The position numbers and the translations under genes are program-made. The notes beneath the pieces were generated by a model that did no database searches, was not told where the DNA came from, and was given only the letters and a program-made list of their open reading frames with translations. This document shows positions 19,249 through 28,515 of a stretch of 64,000 bases of DNA, piece after piece; position 1 is the first letter of the stretch, and each line of letters starts with the position of its first letter. Origin of the DNA: Thermoplasmata archaeon (GTDB lineage: Archaea > Thermoplasmatota > E2 > JACPAO01 > JAHFTW01). The DNA lies in the NCBI GenBank assembly GCA_034667725.1, contig JAXDQS010000003.1, positions 602,171 to 666,170 on the forward strand, given 5' to 3'.

Positions 19249-19674
19249 CTACCGCTTCCACACATACTTGCACGCCCGGCACGAGTACGAGTTGTGTAGC
19301 AGGTGCATCTCGATGGACCTCGACTCGCAGCGGGGGCAGTGGAAGTAGGCGAAGCGGGCCTTCTCGGGGTTGCCGCGGCGGGTGTGCTTGGTGTCGCGCT
19401 TCTTGTGCTTCTGGCACGCCGAGTTGACGCAGTAGAAGCGCTTGCCGTCGTCGGTGAGGTAGCAGCCGAGGCTGGCGCACACGGGCGGGAGCTTGGTGCC
19501 GAAGAACTTGTCCACGTGCAGGCCGGGGGCGCTGCGGCTGGGGGCCTTGCCTTGGCGCTCCTCCTCGGCGCGGCGCAGCGCGTCCTGGATGATGCGGCGC
19601 GCCTTGGCCACCTTGTCCTCCTCCGTGGAGGGGCCGGGGTCGGCCAGCAGCACCAGGACCTGGGCCTGCCTCAT
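19249..19674 (-). CDS. Zinc-ribbon protein with four Cys pairs
   Basis: CASLGC, CVNSAC, CPRC, CRAC; ATGA overlap with rnz. Confidence 0.65.
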   Translation of the reverse strand: MRQAQVLVLLADPGPSTEEDKVAKARRIIQDALRRAEEERQGKAPSRSAPGLHVDKFFGTKLPPVCASLGCYLTDDGKRFYCVNSACQKHKKRDTKHTRRGNPEKARFAYFHCPRCESRSIEMHLLHNSYSCRACKYVWKR

Positions 19675-20594
19675 GCGCGCACCGGCACCTCGACGGCCAG
19701 GAAGTCGTCGGCGACCTGGACGTCCGGGAACACGGCCTGGGCTTCCTGCAAGAGTGGAGCGAGGTCCCGGTAGCGGGGGCTGATGTGGGTCAGGATGAGC
19801 TTGCGGGCCTTGGCCTTGGCGGCGATGGCGGCGGCCTCGCCGGCGCACATGTGGCGCACCTCGCGGGCCTTCTCCACCAGGTCGGCGGTGAAGGTGGCTT
19901 CGCACACGAACAGGTCGGCGTCCACGGCGGCCTCCAGGAGCCCGAGGCACGGCTGGGTGTCGCCGGAGTAGACGACGCGGCGGCCGGGGCGGGCGGGGCC
20001 GACCACCTGCTCCGGCGTGAAGGTGCGGCCGTCGCGGGTCGTGACGGTCTCGCCGCGCTGCAGCTTGCCGAACAGGGGGCCTTCCGGGATGCCGAGCTCG
20101 AGCGCCTTGGGCTTGTCGAAGAAGCCGGGGCGGTCGGCCTCCTGGAGCGCGAACACCAGGTTCTCGATGCCGTGGTCGCCCTGGAACACGGTCATGGAGT
20201 AGCCGTCCTTCCGCACGACGTCGCCGGGCTTGACCTCGGTGACGTGGATGGGGAACTCCTTGGGCCAGCCCCGGAGCTCGCGCCACGCCGCCACCATGCG
20301 GCCCAGCCCCTTCGGCCCGTAGACCCAGAGCGGCTTGTCGCGCTCGTTGAGCGCCATGGTCTTCAGAAGGCCGGGGACGCCGTAGCAGTGGTCGCCGTGG
20401 TAGTGGCTCAACCAGATCTGGGTGATCTGCTGGTAGCTGAGGCCGGACTTCTGGATCTGCCGCTGGGTGCCCTCGCCGCAGTCCCACAACAGCACCTCGC
20501 CGCCGCGCTTGACGGCGATGGCGGACAGGCCCCGTTCCGCGGTGGGGTAGGACGCTCCCGTGCCCAGGAAGGTCACGGCGAGGTTGGCGCTCAA
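19671..20594 (-). CDS. rnz: Ribonuclease Z
   Basis: FLGTG, DCGEGTQRQ, SHYHGDH, exosite GP motif, YSGDT, LTHISPRY. Confidence 0.95.
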   Translation of the reverse strand: MSANLAVTFLGTGASYPTAERGLSAIAVKRGGEVLLWDCGEGTQRQIQKSGLSYQQITQIWLSHYHGDHCYGVPGLLKTMALNERDKPLWVYGPKGLGRMVAAWRELRGWPKEFPIHVTEVKPGDVVRKDGYSMTVFQGDHGIENLVFALQEADRPGFFDKPKALELGIPEGPLFGKLQRGETVTTRDGRTFTPEQVVGPARPGRRVVYSGDTQPCLGLLEAAVDADLFVCEATFTADLVEKAREVRHMCAGEAAAIAAKAKARKLILTHISPRYRDLAPLLQEAQAVFPDVQVADDFLAVEVPVRA

Positions 20595-20647
20595 CGTCGC
20601 ACGCGACCCGAACGTTGGTCAATAGGGTTGCGAGGCGCTTTCCGCGT

Positions 20648-21700
20648 TCAGCCGTTGAACATCGGGTCGCGCTGCGACTTCCAGAACTCCAAGGGGTCGT
20701 CCTCGCGGTCGGGCTCGTCGCTCTCGATCAACCCCAGGATGGCCGCCTTCAGGGCCTCCATGCCTTCGCCGGTGTGGGTGCTGAACTTGAGGCGCTCCGA
20801 CGCGCTGCGGTGCAGGTCCACCTTGGACTCGGCCACCAGGAGGGGAACGCCGCTCATCTCGCGCTGCACTTGCGCCAGCAGGTGCTCCTGCTCCTCGACG
20901 GTGTAGCCGGAGTTCTCGCCGGGGTCGATCAGGAACAGCACGGCGTCGGCGGTGTGGCGGAGGGCCGCGACGGCCTGGCGCTCCACCAGGTTGCGCTTGG
21001 CGTCCGGGCGGTCCAGCAGGCCGGGGGTGTCCACGACCTGGACGTACGAGATGGCGCCCTCGGGGGTCTTCATCTCGATGTGGCCGACGTTGGCGGCCTT
21101 GGTGGTGAAGGCGTAGGCGGCGATCTCGGGCCGCGCGCTGGTCCACGCCGCCATCAGGCTCGACTTGCCGACGTTGGGGAAGCCGGCGATGACGACCGTC
21201 GGATACCCCGGGTGGACGGTGGGGAGCATCCGGACCTTGTCGCGCACGTCGCGCAGGAACACGAGGTCCTTGTCGATGGCCGCCATCAGGCTGCCGCAGC
21301 GGCCGGAGAAGCGGCGCTTCTGCGCCTGGATGCCAAGGATGGTGCGCTCGCGCCGCATGGCGGAGGCGACGTCGCCGTAGACGGTGGCGATCTTCTCGCG
21401 CGTCCAGTCCAGGTGCGACAGCGCCTGCTTGAGGCCGTCGAGGCCCACGAGGATGTCGAGCACCTCGCGCTCGTAGCTGGAGGCCCGCTCCAGGTTGGGG
21501 AACGCCTTGACGTAGCGGTCCAGCATCTCCTGGCAAGTGTCCGAGACATGGCGCATCTGGGCCTCCTCGGTCTTGCGGACGCGGTGGTACTTGTCGGGGT
21601 CGGGGACCTCGAGCTTGTTCGCCTTCAGGAACGCCTTGTCCAGGATCTCCGAAGCGGAGAGGATGGTCGGGACGTTCTCCAGCACGAAGCTTTCCCACAA
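20648..21700 (-). CDS. NOG1-like GTP-binding protein
   Basis: GFPNVGKSS, YAFTTK, DTPGLLDR, SKVD. Confidence 0.9.
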   Translation of the reverse strand: MWESFVLENVPTILSASEILDKAFLKANKLEVPDPDKYHRVRKTEEAQMRHVSDTCQEMLDRYVKAFPNLERASSYEREVLDILVGLDGLKQALSHLDWTREKIATVYGDVASAMRRERTILGIQAQKRRFSGRCGSLMAAIDKDLVFLRDVRDKVRMLPTVHPGYPTVVIAGFPNVGKSSLMAAWTSARPEIAAYAFTTKAANVGHIEMKTPEGAISYVQVVDTPGLLDRPDAKRNLVERQAVAALRHTADAVLFLIDPGENSGYTVEEQEHLLAQVQREMSGVPLLVAESKVDLHRSASERLKFSTHTGEGMEALKAAILGLIESDEPDREDDPLEFWKSQRDPMFNG

Positions 21701-21758
21701 GGGGGTGCTATATCATGCCGCCGGAGGGCGCAAGTAGGGCGGGCCCGGTCGCCTGCCG

Positions 21759-22136
21759 ATGAAGGCGACGCAGCAGCCGGTCGTGCAAGCCTTGGGGATC
21801 GGCGGCGTGTTCTTCCGCGCCAAGGACCCGCAGGCGCTCGCCGCCTGGTACCACCGGACCTTCGGCATCGCCGGCCCCGGCGACGGCGAGGCTTGGCAGA
21901 CGGAGGCGGGCACGACGGTGTTCTGCCCCTTCGAGGCGGGCACCGACTACTTCGGCTCGCCGCGCCAGTGGGCCATGCTCAACTTCCGCGTGGCCGACCT
22001 CGACGGCGCCGTGGCATCCCTCGCGCGCGCCGGCGTGCCGCTTGCCAAGCCGGCCGAGGAGATGGCGGGCATCGGCAGGTTCGCGTGGGTCGCGGACCCC
22101 GAAGGCAACCGCATCGAGTTGTGGCAGCCGGCCTAG
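21759..22136 (+). CDS. VOC/glyoxalase family protein
   Basis: GIGGVFFRAKDP, LNFRVADLD, DPEGNRIELW. Confidence 0.88.
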   Translation: MKATQQPVVQALGIGGVFFRAKDPQALAAWYHRTFGIAGPGDGEAWQTEAGTTVFCPFEAGTDYFGSPRQWAMLNFRVADLDGAVASLARAGVPLAKPAEEMAGIGRFAWVADPEGNRIELWQPA

Positions 22137-22193
22137 AAAAGCAAGGGAAAGGGAAGGAGGAGGCCGGGACAGGGTCCCGGTTGCGCCGGACGC

Positions 22194-22382
22194 CTAGCGG
22201 GGCGTGCGGGGCGGGGCGTGCTTGGGGTAGCAGTCCCGGCAGTACACCGGGCGGCCCGCCGACGGCTTGAAGGGGACCTGGGTCTTCTTGCCGCAGTCGG
22301 CGCACACTGCGTCGTGCATCTCGCGAGGTCCGTCGCGGCCGAAGCCGCCCCCGCCGCCACTCGGCCTGTCGTTGTATGCCAT
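22194..22382 (-). CDS. CxxC-x17-CxxC domain protein
   Basis: REMHDAVCADCG...VPFKP...PVYCRDCY. Confidence 0.9.
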   Translation of the reverse strand: MAYNDRPSGGGGGFGRDGPREMHDAVCADCGKKTQVPFKPSAGRPVYCRDCYPKHAPPRTPR

Positions 22383-22516
22383 GTTGGTTCGCTCAAGCGC
22401 AGGCCCTTGCGGGACTGCACCTTGCGAGGAAGCCGAAAGGGGTGCATAGGGTTGCCGACCCGATGCCGCAAGCGAAAAAGCGAGAGAAAGGGAAAGAAAA
22501 GAGCGGACGGCGGCGG

Positions 22517-22750
22517 CTAACACACGCCGACCATGATACAGACGTAGGCCTGGGTCCGGTCGATCTTGTTGCCCACGGTCGGCGTGTCGTACACCATGTC
22601 CACCGTGTACTGGCAGGTCTGGTAGGTGGCTTCGCTGACGACCGACTGCGGTTCGGGCTCCTTGCAGTAGATGGCGGTGGCGGGCTGCGGGGCGAGGACG
22701 AAGGCGCCGAGCAGCAGGAGGCCGGCGGCGATCAGGGGGCGGGCAAGCAT
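22517..22750 (-). CDS. Small secreted Cys-containing peptide
   Basis: Signal peptide ending PATA; four Cys in mature part; pyrimidine tract after stop. Confidence 0.65.
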   Translation of the reverse strand: MLARPLIAAGLLLLGAFVLAPQPATAIYCKEPEPQSVVSEATYQTCQYTVDMVYDTPTVGNKIDRTQAYVCIMVGVC

Positions 22751-22834
22751 GGCGGTGACCCAGAGGCCTGAGCCCAGCGCCTCTAGAAAAAGGAAGGCAG
22801 GGGGAAGGAGGGGAAGAAAACGGCAGATCGGGGC

Positions 22835-23929
22835 TCAGTGGGCCTTGGTCGCCGCGAGCAGGATCGAGTGCGCCTTGGCCTCGCCCGTCTTGACGCCGCC
22901 CATGACCGGCTTCGCGCCGACGCAGACGGTCTCCAGGATGCAGCGGGTGACGCGGTAGGGGTCCATGTTGGCGGCGGGGCGGCGGTCTTCGAGGTAGCCT
23001 TGGCCGGTCTGCTGGGCCGCAAGCGGGATGCGGATCGACGCGCCCCGGTCGCTGACGCCGTAGCGGAACTGGTCGATGCTGCAGGTCTCGTGGCGGCCGG
23101 TGAGGCGCTCGGTGTTGTGGGCCCCGTACTCCGCGATGTGGTCGTAGTGGCGGCCGCCGAGCTTCTTGCAGGCGTCCTCGATGACCTTCAGGCCGCCCTT
23201 GGCGCGCATCGCCTTGGTGCTGAAGTTGGTGTGCGCGCCGGCGCCGTTCCAGTCGCCCTTGACGGGCTTCGGGTGCAACGTGGCGGTGATGCCGAACTCC
23301 TCGCCGAGACGGTACAGCAGCCAGCGGCCGACCCAGATCTGGTCACTGCACTCGAGCGGGGGGAGCGGGCCGATCTGGAACTCCCACTGGGCGGGCATGA
23401 CCTCGGCGTTGATGCCGCTGATCTTCAGGCCGGCGCCAACACAGGCTTCCATGTGGGCCTCCACCAGCTCGCGGCCGAAGACCTCGTCGGCGCCGACGCC
23501 GCAGTAATAGGGGCCTTGGGGCGGGGGGAAGCCGTTGTCGGGCCAGCCGAGCGGCTGCATCCCGCGGAACAAGGTGTACTCCTGCTCGATGCCGAACCAC
23601 GGCTCCTCCTTCTTCACCTTGTCCGCGACCTCCCGGAGCTTGGCGCGGGTGTTGGTGGGGTGGGGCGTGCGGCCGTCGGCGAGGAAGACCTCGCACATCA
23701 CGAGGACGTGGGGCCAGCCGCGGATCGGGTCGTTGTAGAAGCCGACCGGGTGCAGCGCGCAGTCCGACTTGTCGCCGGGGGCCTGGGCGGTGCTGGAGCC
23801 GTCGAAGCCCCACACGGGCAGGTCCGCGACCGACTTGACCTCGTCGGCCTCGATGACCTTCGTCTTGCTGCGCAGCTTCTGCGTGGGCTGCGTGCCATCC
23901 ATCCAGATGTATTCGGCGAACACGACCAT
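22835..23929 (-). CDS. glnII: Glutamine synthetase type II
   Basis: AEYIWMDG, LRSKTK, WGFDGSST, PWFGIEQEY, QGPYYCGVG, NAEVMPAQWEFQ, YLEDRRP; 364 aa. Confidence 0.93.
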   Translation of the reverse strand: MVVFAEYIWMDGTQPTQKLRSKTKVIEADEVKSVADLPVWGFDGSSTAQAPGDKSDCALHPVGFYNDPIRGWPHVLVMCEVFLADGRTPHPTNTRAKLREVADKVKKEEPWFGIEQEYTLFRGMQPLGWPDNGFPPPQGPYYCGVGADEVFGRELVEAHMEACVGAGLKISGINAEVMPAQWEFQIGPLPPLECSDQIWVGRWLLYRLGEEFGITATLHPKPVKGDWNGAGAHTNFSTKAMRAKGGLKVIEDACKKLGGRHYDHIAEYGAHNTERLTGRHETCSIDQFRYGVSDRGASIRIPLAAQQTGQGYLEDRRPAANMDPYRVTRCILETVCVGAKPVMGGVKTGEAKAHSILLAATKAH

Positions 23930-24078
23930 TGGGCATCCCCTCCCGGGGTTGGAGCCACCCAGCCAGCATCCGGAGATAAGGGTTCAGTTGCACCAGGAAC
24001 ATGGGTTGCAAGGAGTCGTTCGACCCGTCATTCGCATTCAACAGGCACAAATGTACCGATTGCTTGGCGGCCTTCGCC

Positions 24079-24555
24079 ATGGATGGCACAACCGTTCCGC
24101 GCCCGGCCCCTGACCACGCCGACCGGCTTCTGCTCGACGAGCTGCTGCGGGACGGCCGCGCCAGCCACCGCGACCTCGCCGAACGCACCGGCTTGAGCCT
24201 CACCACCGTGAACCGCCGCGTGCGCCAGATGGAGGAGGACGGCACCATCCGCGGCTACACCGCCCTCGTCGACCCCGAGCGCGCCGGCTGGACCCTCACC
24301 GCCGTCATCGGATTGCGCATCGACAAGGGCTTTGTGCGCGCCGTCCACGAGGAAATCAGCAGCGACCCCCGCATCTTCGGCGTCTACGACATCACCGGCG
24401 AATGGGACGGCCTGGTCTTGGTGCGGCTGCGCGGCCGCGAGGACCTGGACGACCTCGTGAAGACCACGCTGTCGCTGCCGCACATCCAGCGCACCAACAC
24501 CATGGTGGTGCTCAAGACCGTCCTGGAGAAGGCGGTCGTCGGGCTGCCGGCGTGA
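24079..24555 (+). CDS. Lrp/AsnC transcriptional regulator
   Basis: HTH (LLRDGRAS..DLAE..GLS) plus RAM domain YDITGEWD. Confidence 0.9.
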   Translation: MDGTTVPRPAPDHADRLLLDELLRDGRASHRDLAERTGLSLTTVNRRVRQMEEDGTIRGYTALVDPERAGWTLTAVIGLRIDKGFVRAVHEEISSDPRIFGVYDITGEWDGLVLVRLRGREDLDDLVKTTLSLPHIQRTNTMVVLKTVLEKAVVGLPA

Positions 24556-24624
24556 AGCAACATGCCGGCTGGGTTTGCAGCCGAGGGCCAAGGTTTTGAG
24601 CCCGACCCGAGTCGCGCGCCCTAC

Positions 24625-24697
24625 GCTCCGTTAGTCTAGCGGCCAAGGATTTAGGCCTTTCAAGCCTGCGGCACGGGTTCGAATCCCGTACGGAGCA
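24625..24697 (+). tRNA. tRNA-Glu (TTC)
   Basis: GCTCCGT/ACGGAGC acceptor stem, anticodon loop CTTTCAA, TTCGAAT T-loop. Confidence 0.93.
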
Positions 24698-24704
24698 CTT
24701 CCAT

Positions 24705-25145
24705 TCAGGGCTGCATCCAGGCCCTGCTGCGCGACCGCAGCTCCGCCGTCCCATGCCCGTGGATCAGCCCAGCCGCCGCCGGCACCGTGTAGTGCTGCAC
24801 CGTGCGCACCTGGGCGAGCGCGTTGGCGCGGATCGCAGGCGGCGCGGCGCGCACGCGGGCGAGGTCGATGGCGAAGCCGCCCGGCCGGCGGGTGGTGAGG
24901 CCGTGCTGCGCGAGGCGGGCGTCGAGGCTCTCGAGGGCGCGGTCGATGTGCGCCAGCATCTGGGCGGCGCGGGGGTCGGCGGCGCGGCCGTCCCACTCGG
25001 CGCGCGGGATGAACACCTCGCCCTGACGGCCTTCGAGGATGGCGGCGCGGGCCTCCTGGAGGCGCTCCTGCTGGGTGCCGACGGCGTGCAGGGCGGGCAG
25101 GAGGGCCGCCATGGGGGCCGGGTCCTCGCGCTGCGTTCCTTGCAT
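24705..25145 (-). CDS. Hypothetical protein
   Basis: Coding-like ORF only; start uncertain. Confidence 0.5.
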   Translation of the reverse strand: MQGTQREDPAPMAALLPALHAVGTQQERLQEARAAILEGRQGEVFIPRAEWDGRAADPRAAQMLAHIDRALESLDARLAQHGLTTRRPGGFAIDLARVRAAPPAIRANALAQVRTVQHYTVPAAAGLIHGHGTAELRSRSRAWMQP

Positions 25146-25206
25146 GGACCGCGCCAAGGCGGGCGGGCGCTGTTCTAGATGTCGCGGAGGAGCCGTTCTG
25201 CCGAAG

Positions 25207-26241
25207 CTACGTGTGCACGGCCGGCGGGCCTTGGCGGCGGCGGGCGGCGTCGAACTCGTCGTGAATCTCGCCCACCAGCTCCTCGACCAGGTCGTCGGCG
25301 GTGACGATGCCGAGGTTGCGGCTGCCTTCCTGGATGACGGCCATGCTGCGGTGCTCGTGCTGCATCCGGACCAGGAGGTGGTCGGCGCGCATGCTGCCGG
25401 GCACGCGCAAGACCGGGCGGATGGCCAAGGTGACGGGCAGCCGGGCCAGCTCGGCGTCGGTGTAGCGCAGCAGGTCCTTGATGTGGACGAAGCCGAGGAT
25501 CTGGGTGAAGCCGGCGTCGGCGACCACGATGCGGCTGCGGCGCTCGCGGGCCGCGATGCGGATGGCGTCCTCCAGCGTCGAGGTGGGCAGGAGCGACTGG
25601 ACCTTGTCGGCGGCCGTCATGACCTTGGAGACGGGGGTCTCGGTGAAGTCGAACAGGTCTTGGATGACCTTGTGCTCGAAGTGCTCGACGTGGCCTTCCT
25701 GCACGCCCATGCGGACGATCATCTCGATCTCGTCGGTGGTCAGGAACGGCGCCTTCTGGACGGGCTTGTCGCCGCCGAGGCGCGCCACACCGCGGGACAG
25801 CGCGGTGAGGAAGTCCACGAGGGGCTTGAGCATCAGCTCGACGACGCGCAGCGGGCGCGCGACCCGGAGGGCGACCTTGAGGGAATGCTGCACGGCGAAG
25901 GTCTTGGGGATGATTTCGCTGAGCACCGTGACCAGGACCGCCATGGCGCCGGTGGCGATGAGGGCGCCGCGGCCGCCGAAGACGCCGAGGGCCACCCAGG
26001 TGGCGAACGCGGTGGCGCCGATGTTGACGAGGTTGTTGCCGATGAGCACGGTGGTCAGCACGCGCTCGGGCTCGTCGAGCATCCGGTCCAGCAGGCGGGC
26101 GCGGCGGGAGCCTTTCTGGGCGAGGTCGCGGACCTGGACGCGGGGGACGCCGATGAGGGCGGTCTCGGACGTCGAGAAGAAGGCGGACAGGCCCAGGAGC
26201 GCAAGCAGGGCCAGCATCTGGAGGGGGAGGACCGGGTCCAC
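25207..26241 (-). CDS. CNNM/CorB family protein (DUF21 + CBS)
   Basis: SAFFSTSETAL, LIGNNLVN, EIIPK, EELVGEIHDE. Confidence 0.9.
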   Translation of the reverse strand: MDPVLPLQMLALLALLGLSAFFSTSETALIGVPRVQVRDLAQKGSRRARLLDRMLDEPERVLTTVLIGNNLVNIGATAFATWVALGVFGGRGALIATGAMAVLVTVLSEIIPKTFAVQHSLKVALRVARPLRVVELMLKPLVDFLTALSRGVARLGGDKPVQKAPFLTTDEIEMIVRMGVQEGHVEHFEHKVIQDLFDFTETPVSKVMTAADKVQSLLPTSTLEDAIRIAARERRSRIVVADAGFTQILGFVHIKDLLRYTDAELARLPVTLAIRPVLRVPGSMRADHLLVRMQHEHRSMAVIQEGSRNLGIVTADDLVEELVGEIHDEFDAARRRQGPPAVHT

Positions 26242-26323
26242 GGGGGAAGCGGCGATGGACGGCTGCCTCTTGGCCCTGCCGCCAGCGTCGGCAAAACTTT
26301 CACGGTGCTCGCCGCCCTCGCCC

Positions 26324-26629
26324 TCACGGGAAGCTGGTGGCGGCGCCGCACGCCTTGCACGCCCGCCGCGGCTTCAGGTTGAAGTGCCCGCACGCGCAGG
26401 TCGCCCCCACCGGGCAGCCGCCGCCGGCGCCGTCCTCGCGCGCCGTGCGCCGCAGGGTCCACGCCGCGTTCGCCCCCACGATGAGGACGACTCCCAGGAC
26501 CAGCAGCAACGCCGCGATGCCGTAACGCGGCCCTTGCGCCCAGCCGTCGGCGCCGGGGACCCAGCCGAAGGCCACCGCCAAGCCCGCCACGAGCCACGCG
26601 AGGCCCCAGACGAGGGTGGACAGCTTCAC
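26324..26629 (-). CDS. Small two-TM protein with C-terminal zinc ribbon
   Basis: Two hydrophobic helices; CACGHFN...CKACG. Confidence 0.6.
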   Translation of the reverse strand: MKLSTLVWGLAWLVAGLAVAFGWVPGADGWAQGPRYGIAALLLVLGVVLIVGANAAWTLRRTAREDGAGGGCPVGATCACGHFNLKPRRACKACGAATSFP

Positions 26630-26788
26630 GCCGCGCGCACCGGGTCCCGTTTGTAAGGGTTCGCGGCACGGGCGGCGGACCCGTCAATCAAACCCATTAT
26701 CCAGACGGCTCTTGAAGGCGGGACGGGAGGTTTGGGGCTCCACGCCGGACGGCGCGCTCAAATCCAAGGCCCCTGTCCGACAGGGCAC

Positions 26789-26862
26789 GGGACCCTAGCT
26801 CAGCCTGGTAGAGCAGCGGGCTCATAACCCGTCGGTCTCCGGTTCAAATCCGGCGGGTCCCA
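26789..26862 (+). tRNA. tRNA with CAT anticodon (probably Ile2, otherwise elongator Met)
   Basis: GGGACCC/GGGTCCC acceptor stem, loop CTCATAA, TTCAAAT T-loop. Confidence 0.9.
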
Positions 26863-27124
26863 TTCACTTCCCTGTCCAACTGGTTTTGTTCTGGGGCTAC
26901 TTCCTCCTGTTGCCATCAAAAATGCCCGTTGGCGGCGCTGGCTGGACGAGGACCCGGAGGTGCGCCTAAGACGGCCCCGGTCCCGCAATCGTGCTAGCCG
27001 ATTTTGAGGTTCGTCGCGTACAAGCCGTCTTTCAGTAGGACGCGGGCTTTTGCTCGCTTCTTGGGTCGTGAAGTGGGCGAATACTGGACTTCTCGCCTTG
27101 TTTGCTGCCGGGAGGAGGGAAGGA

Positions 27125-27565
27125 TCAGCCGCCGCCGAACGCTTTCCTGACGAGCGCCGTGAGCTTGGCCTCGTCAGCCGCCGAGGGCTTGACGACCGCG
27201 AACGACGTCGCCCACATTCCGCCGTCATCGAGCTTGGCGGGCGTGTTGAAGCCGAAGGTGCAGTAGCGGTCCTTGAACTTCGCGCCGGGCTTGAAGAAGC
27301 ATACGACCTTGTCGTCCATGCAGTAGGCCGGGAAGCCGTACCAGGTCTTCTGCTCGGCGTTCGGGACCGCGGCGACAACGATGTCGTGGATGCGTTGGGC
27401 AAGGGTGCGCTCCGCGGGCACCATGGCTGCGATGGCGGCTTTGAGGTCTGCCGGCCCGTTTCCCTTGCCGCGCTTGCGCTCCGCCATGAGATCCTTCATG
27501 GCAGCCTTCTCTCCGGCGGTGAGGCCAGTCGTCTTGGCGGGTTTGGCGGTTTTCTTGGCAGGCAT
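27125..27565 (-). CDS. DUF1801/YdhG-like protein
   Basis: KTWYGFPAY, VVCFF, KFKDRYCTFGF, LDDGGMW. Confidence 0.8.
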   Translation of the reverse strand: MPAKKTAKPAKTTGLTAGEKAAMKDLMAERKRGKGNGPADLKAAIAAMVPAERTLAQRIHDIVVAAVPNAEQKTWYGFPAYCMDDKVVCFFKPGAKFKDRYCTFGFNTPAKLDDGGMWATSFAVVKPSAADEAKLTALVRKAFGGG

Positions 27566-27571
27566 GGAATT

Positions 27572-27700
27572 TCAGCTCCTCGTTGGCATCGCCGGTTGCA
27601 GGGCGAAGGGGGTGCCGTCCGGGTCGGTGAAGTACACCGCCTCCACATATGGCTGCCCCTTGGCTTCGGCCTTGAGTTTGAGGCCGCGGCCCTTGAGGTC
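27572..27700 (-). pseudogene. 3' fragment of a VOC/glyoxalase gene
   Basis: DLKGRGLKL...VYFTDPDGTPFALQ with an in-frame stop just upstream. Confidence 0.55.
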
Positions 27701-27904
27701 GCAGCGTCACGCTGAAGGCCAGACCCGACGGTTCGTGGACGTTGAAGAAGCGGCGCTAACAGGATTCCCTACCGGAACCTCTCGTTCAATCTTCTATCGC
27801 AATCCGGCGGGCCCCACTTCACCCCGCGCCCTGCAACGCCTTGCCTGGCATCCCTTAAGTCCCCCCGCTGGCCTCCTTGGCCGGGTTTCCCCATGGCTCA
27901 AGCA

Positions 27905-28117
27905 ATGACCTATGCCGCCGCCGGCCTCCTCGTCCTGTGCACGCTCGCCGCCCTCGCCCCGGTTGCCGCCGCCAATCCCGTCGGCGACTGCAACGGCGTC
28001 GTCGTCAACAGCCAGTTCACGGGCGTCTGCGTCATCCACAACTGCATCTCGTCGCCGAGCGGCACCGGCCTGGTCGTCTACGTCAACGGCAACCCTGGTC
28101 GCTGCATCGGGATTTGA
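27905..28117 (+). CDS. Small secreted Cys-containing peptide
   Basis: Signal peptide ending PVAAA; four Cys in mature part; CTTAAG upstream and pyrimidine tract downstream. Confidence 0.65.
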   Translation: MTYAAAGLLVLCTLAALAPVAAANPVGDCNGVVVNSQFTGVCVIHNCISSPSGTGLVVYVNGNPGRCIGI

Positions 28118-28149
28118 CGACGCAGCCCTCCCCTCTTTCCTTCCGTTTC

Positions 28150-28260
28150 TCACTCCATCCAGGCGCGGCACTGGGCGCACTTGGCGTCCCAGCCGCAGTA
28201 AGGGCACCAGTCGGTCGCCCAGCCGGGGGCCTTGAAGGCCATGATGTTGTCGTGGGTCAT
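28150..28260 (-). CDS. 36-aa CPxCG-type zinc-finger microprotein
   Basis: MTHDNIMAFKAPGWATDWCPYCGWDAKCAQCRAWME; GC3-rich codons. Confidence 0.55.
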   Translation of the reverse strand: MTHDNIMAFKAPGWATDWCPYCGWDAKCAQCRAWME

Positions 28261-28357
28261 GTCAGGTGGGAAAAGGTTCCGCGACGCCACAAGGCTGCCG
28301 CAGGGAGGCGCGAGATTCTATAGAGAACAGAAGGAGGGAAAAGGAGCCAGGACGCGC

Positions 28358-28513
28358 TTACTTGGCGCGCTCGGTGTGGCCGCACTTGCCGCAGTGCATG
28401 CGGTCTTCGTGGGCGGCCATGAAGACGCCGACGCCGCACTTGGGGCACTGCTTCTTGGTGCGCACCAGCTTGTTGCCCTGGATCTCGTACAGCTTGGAGG
28501 CGGAGCCGGCCAT
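28358..28513 (-). CDS. rps27ae: 30S ribosomal protein S27ae
   Basis: [37 protein letters not shown]. Confidence 0.93.
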   Translation of the reverse strand: MAGSASKLYEIQGNKLVRTKKQCPKCGVGVFMAAHEDRMHCGKCGHTERAK

Positions 28514-28515
28514 GC

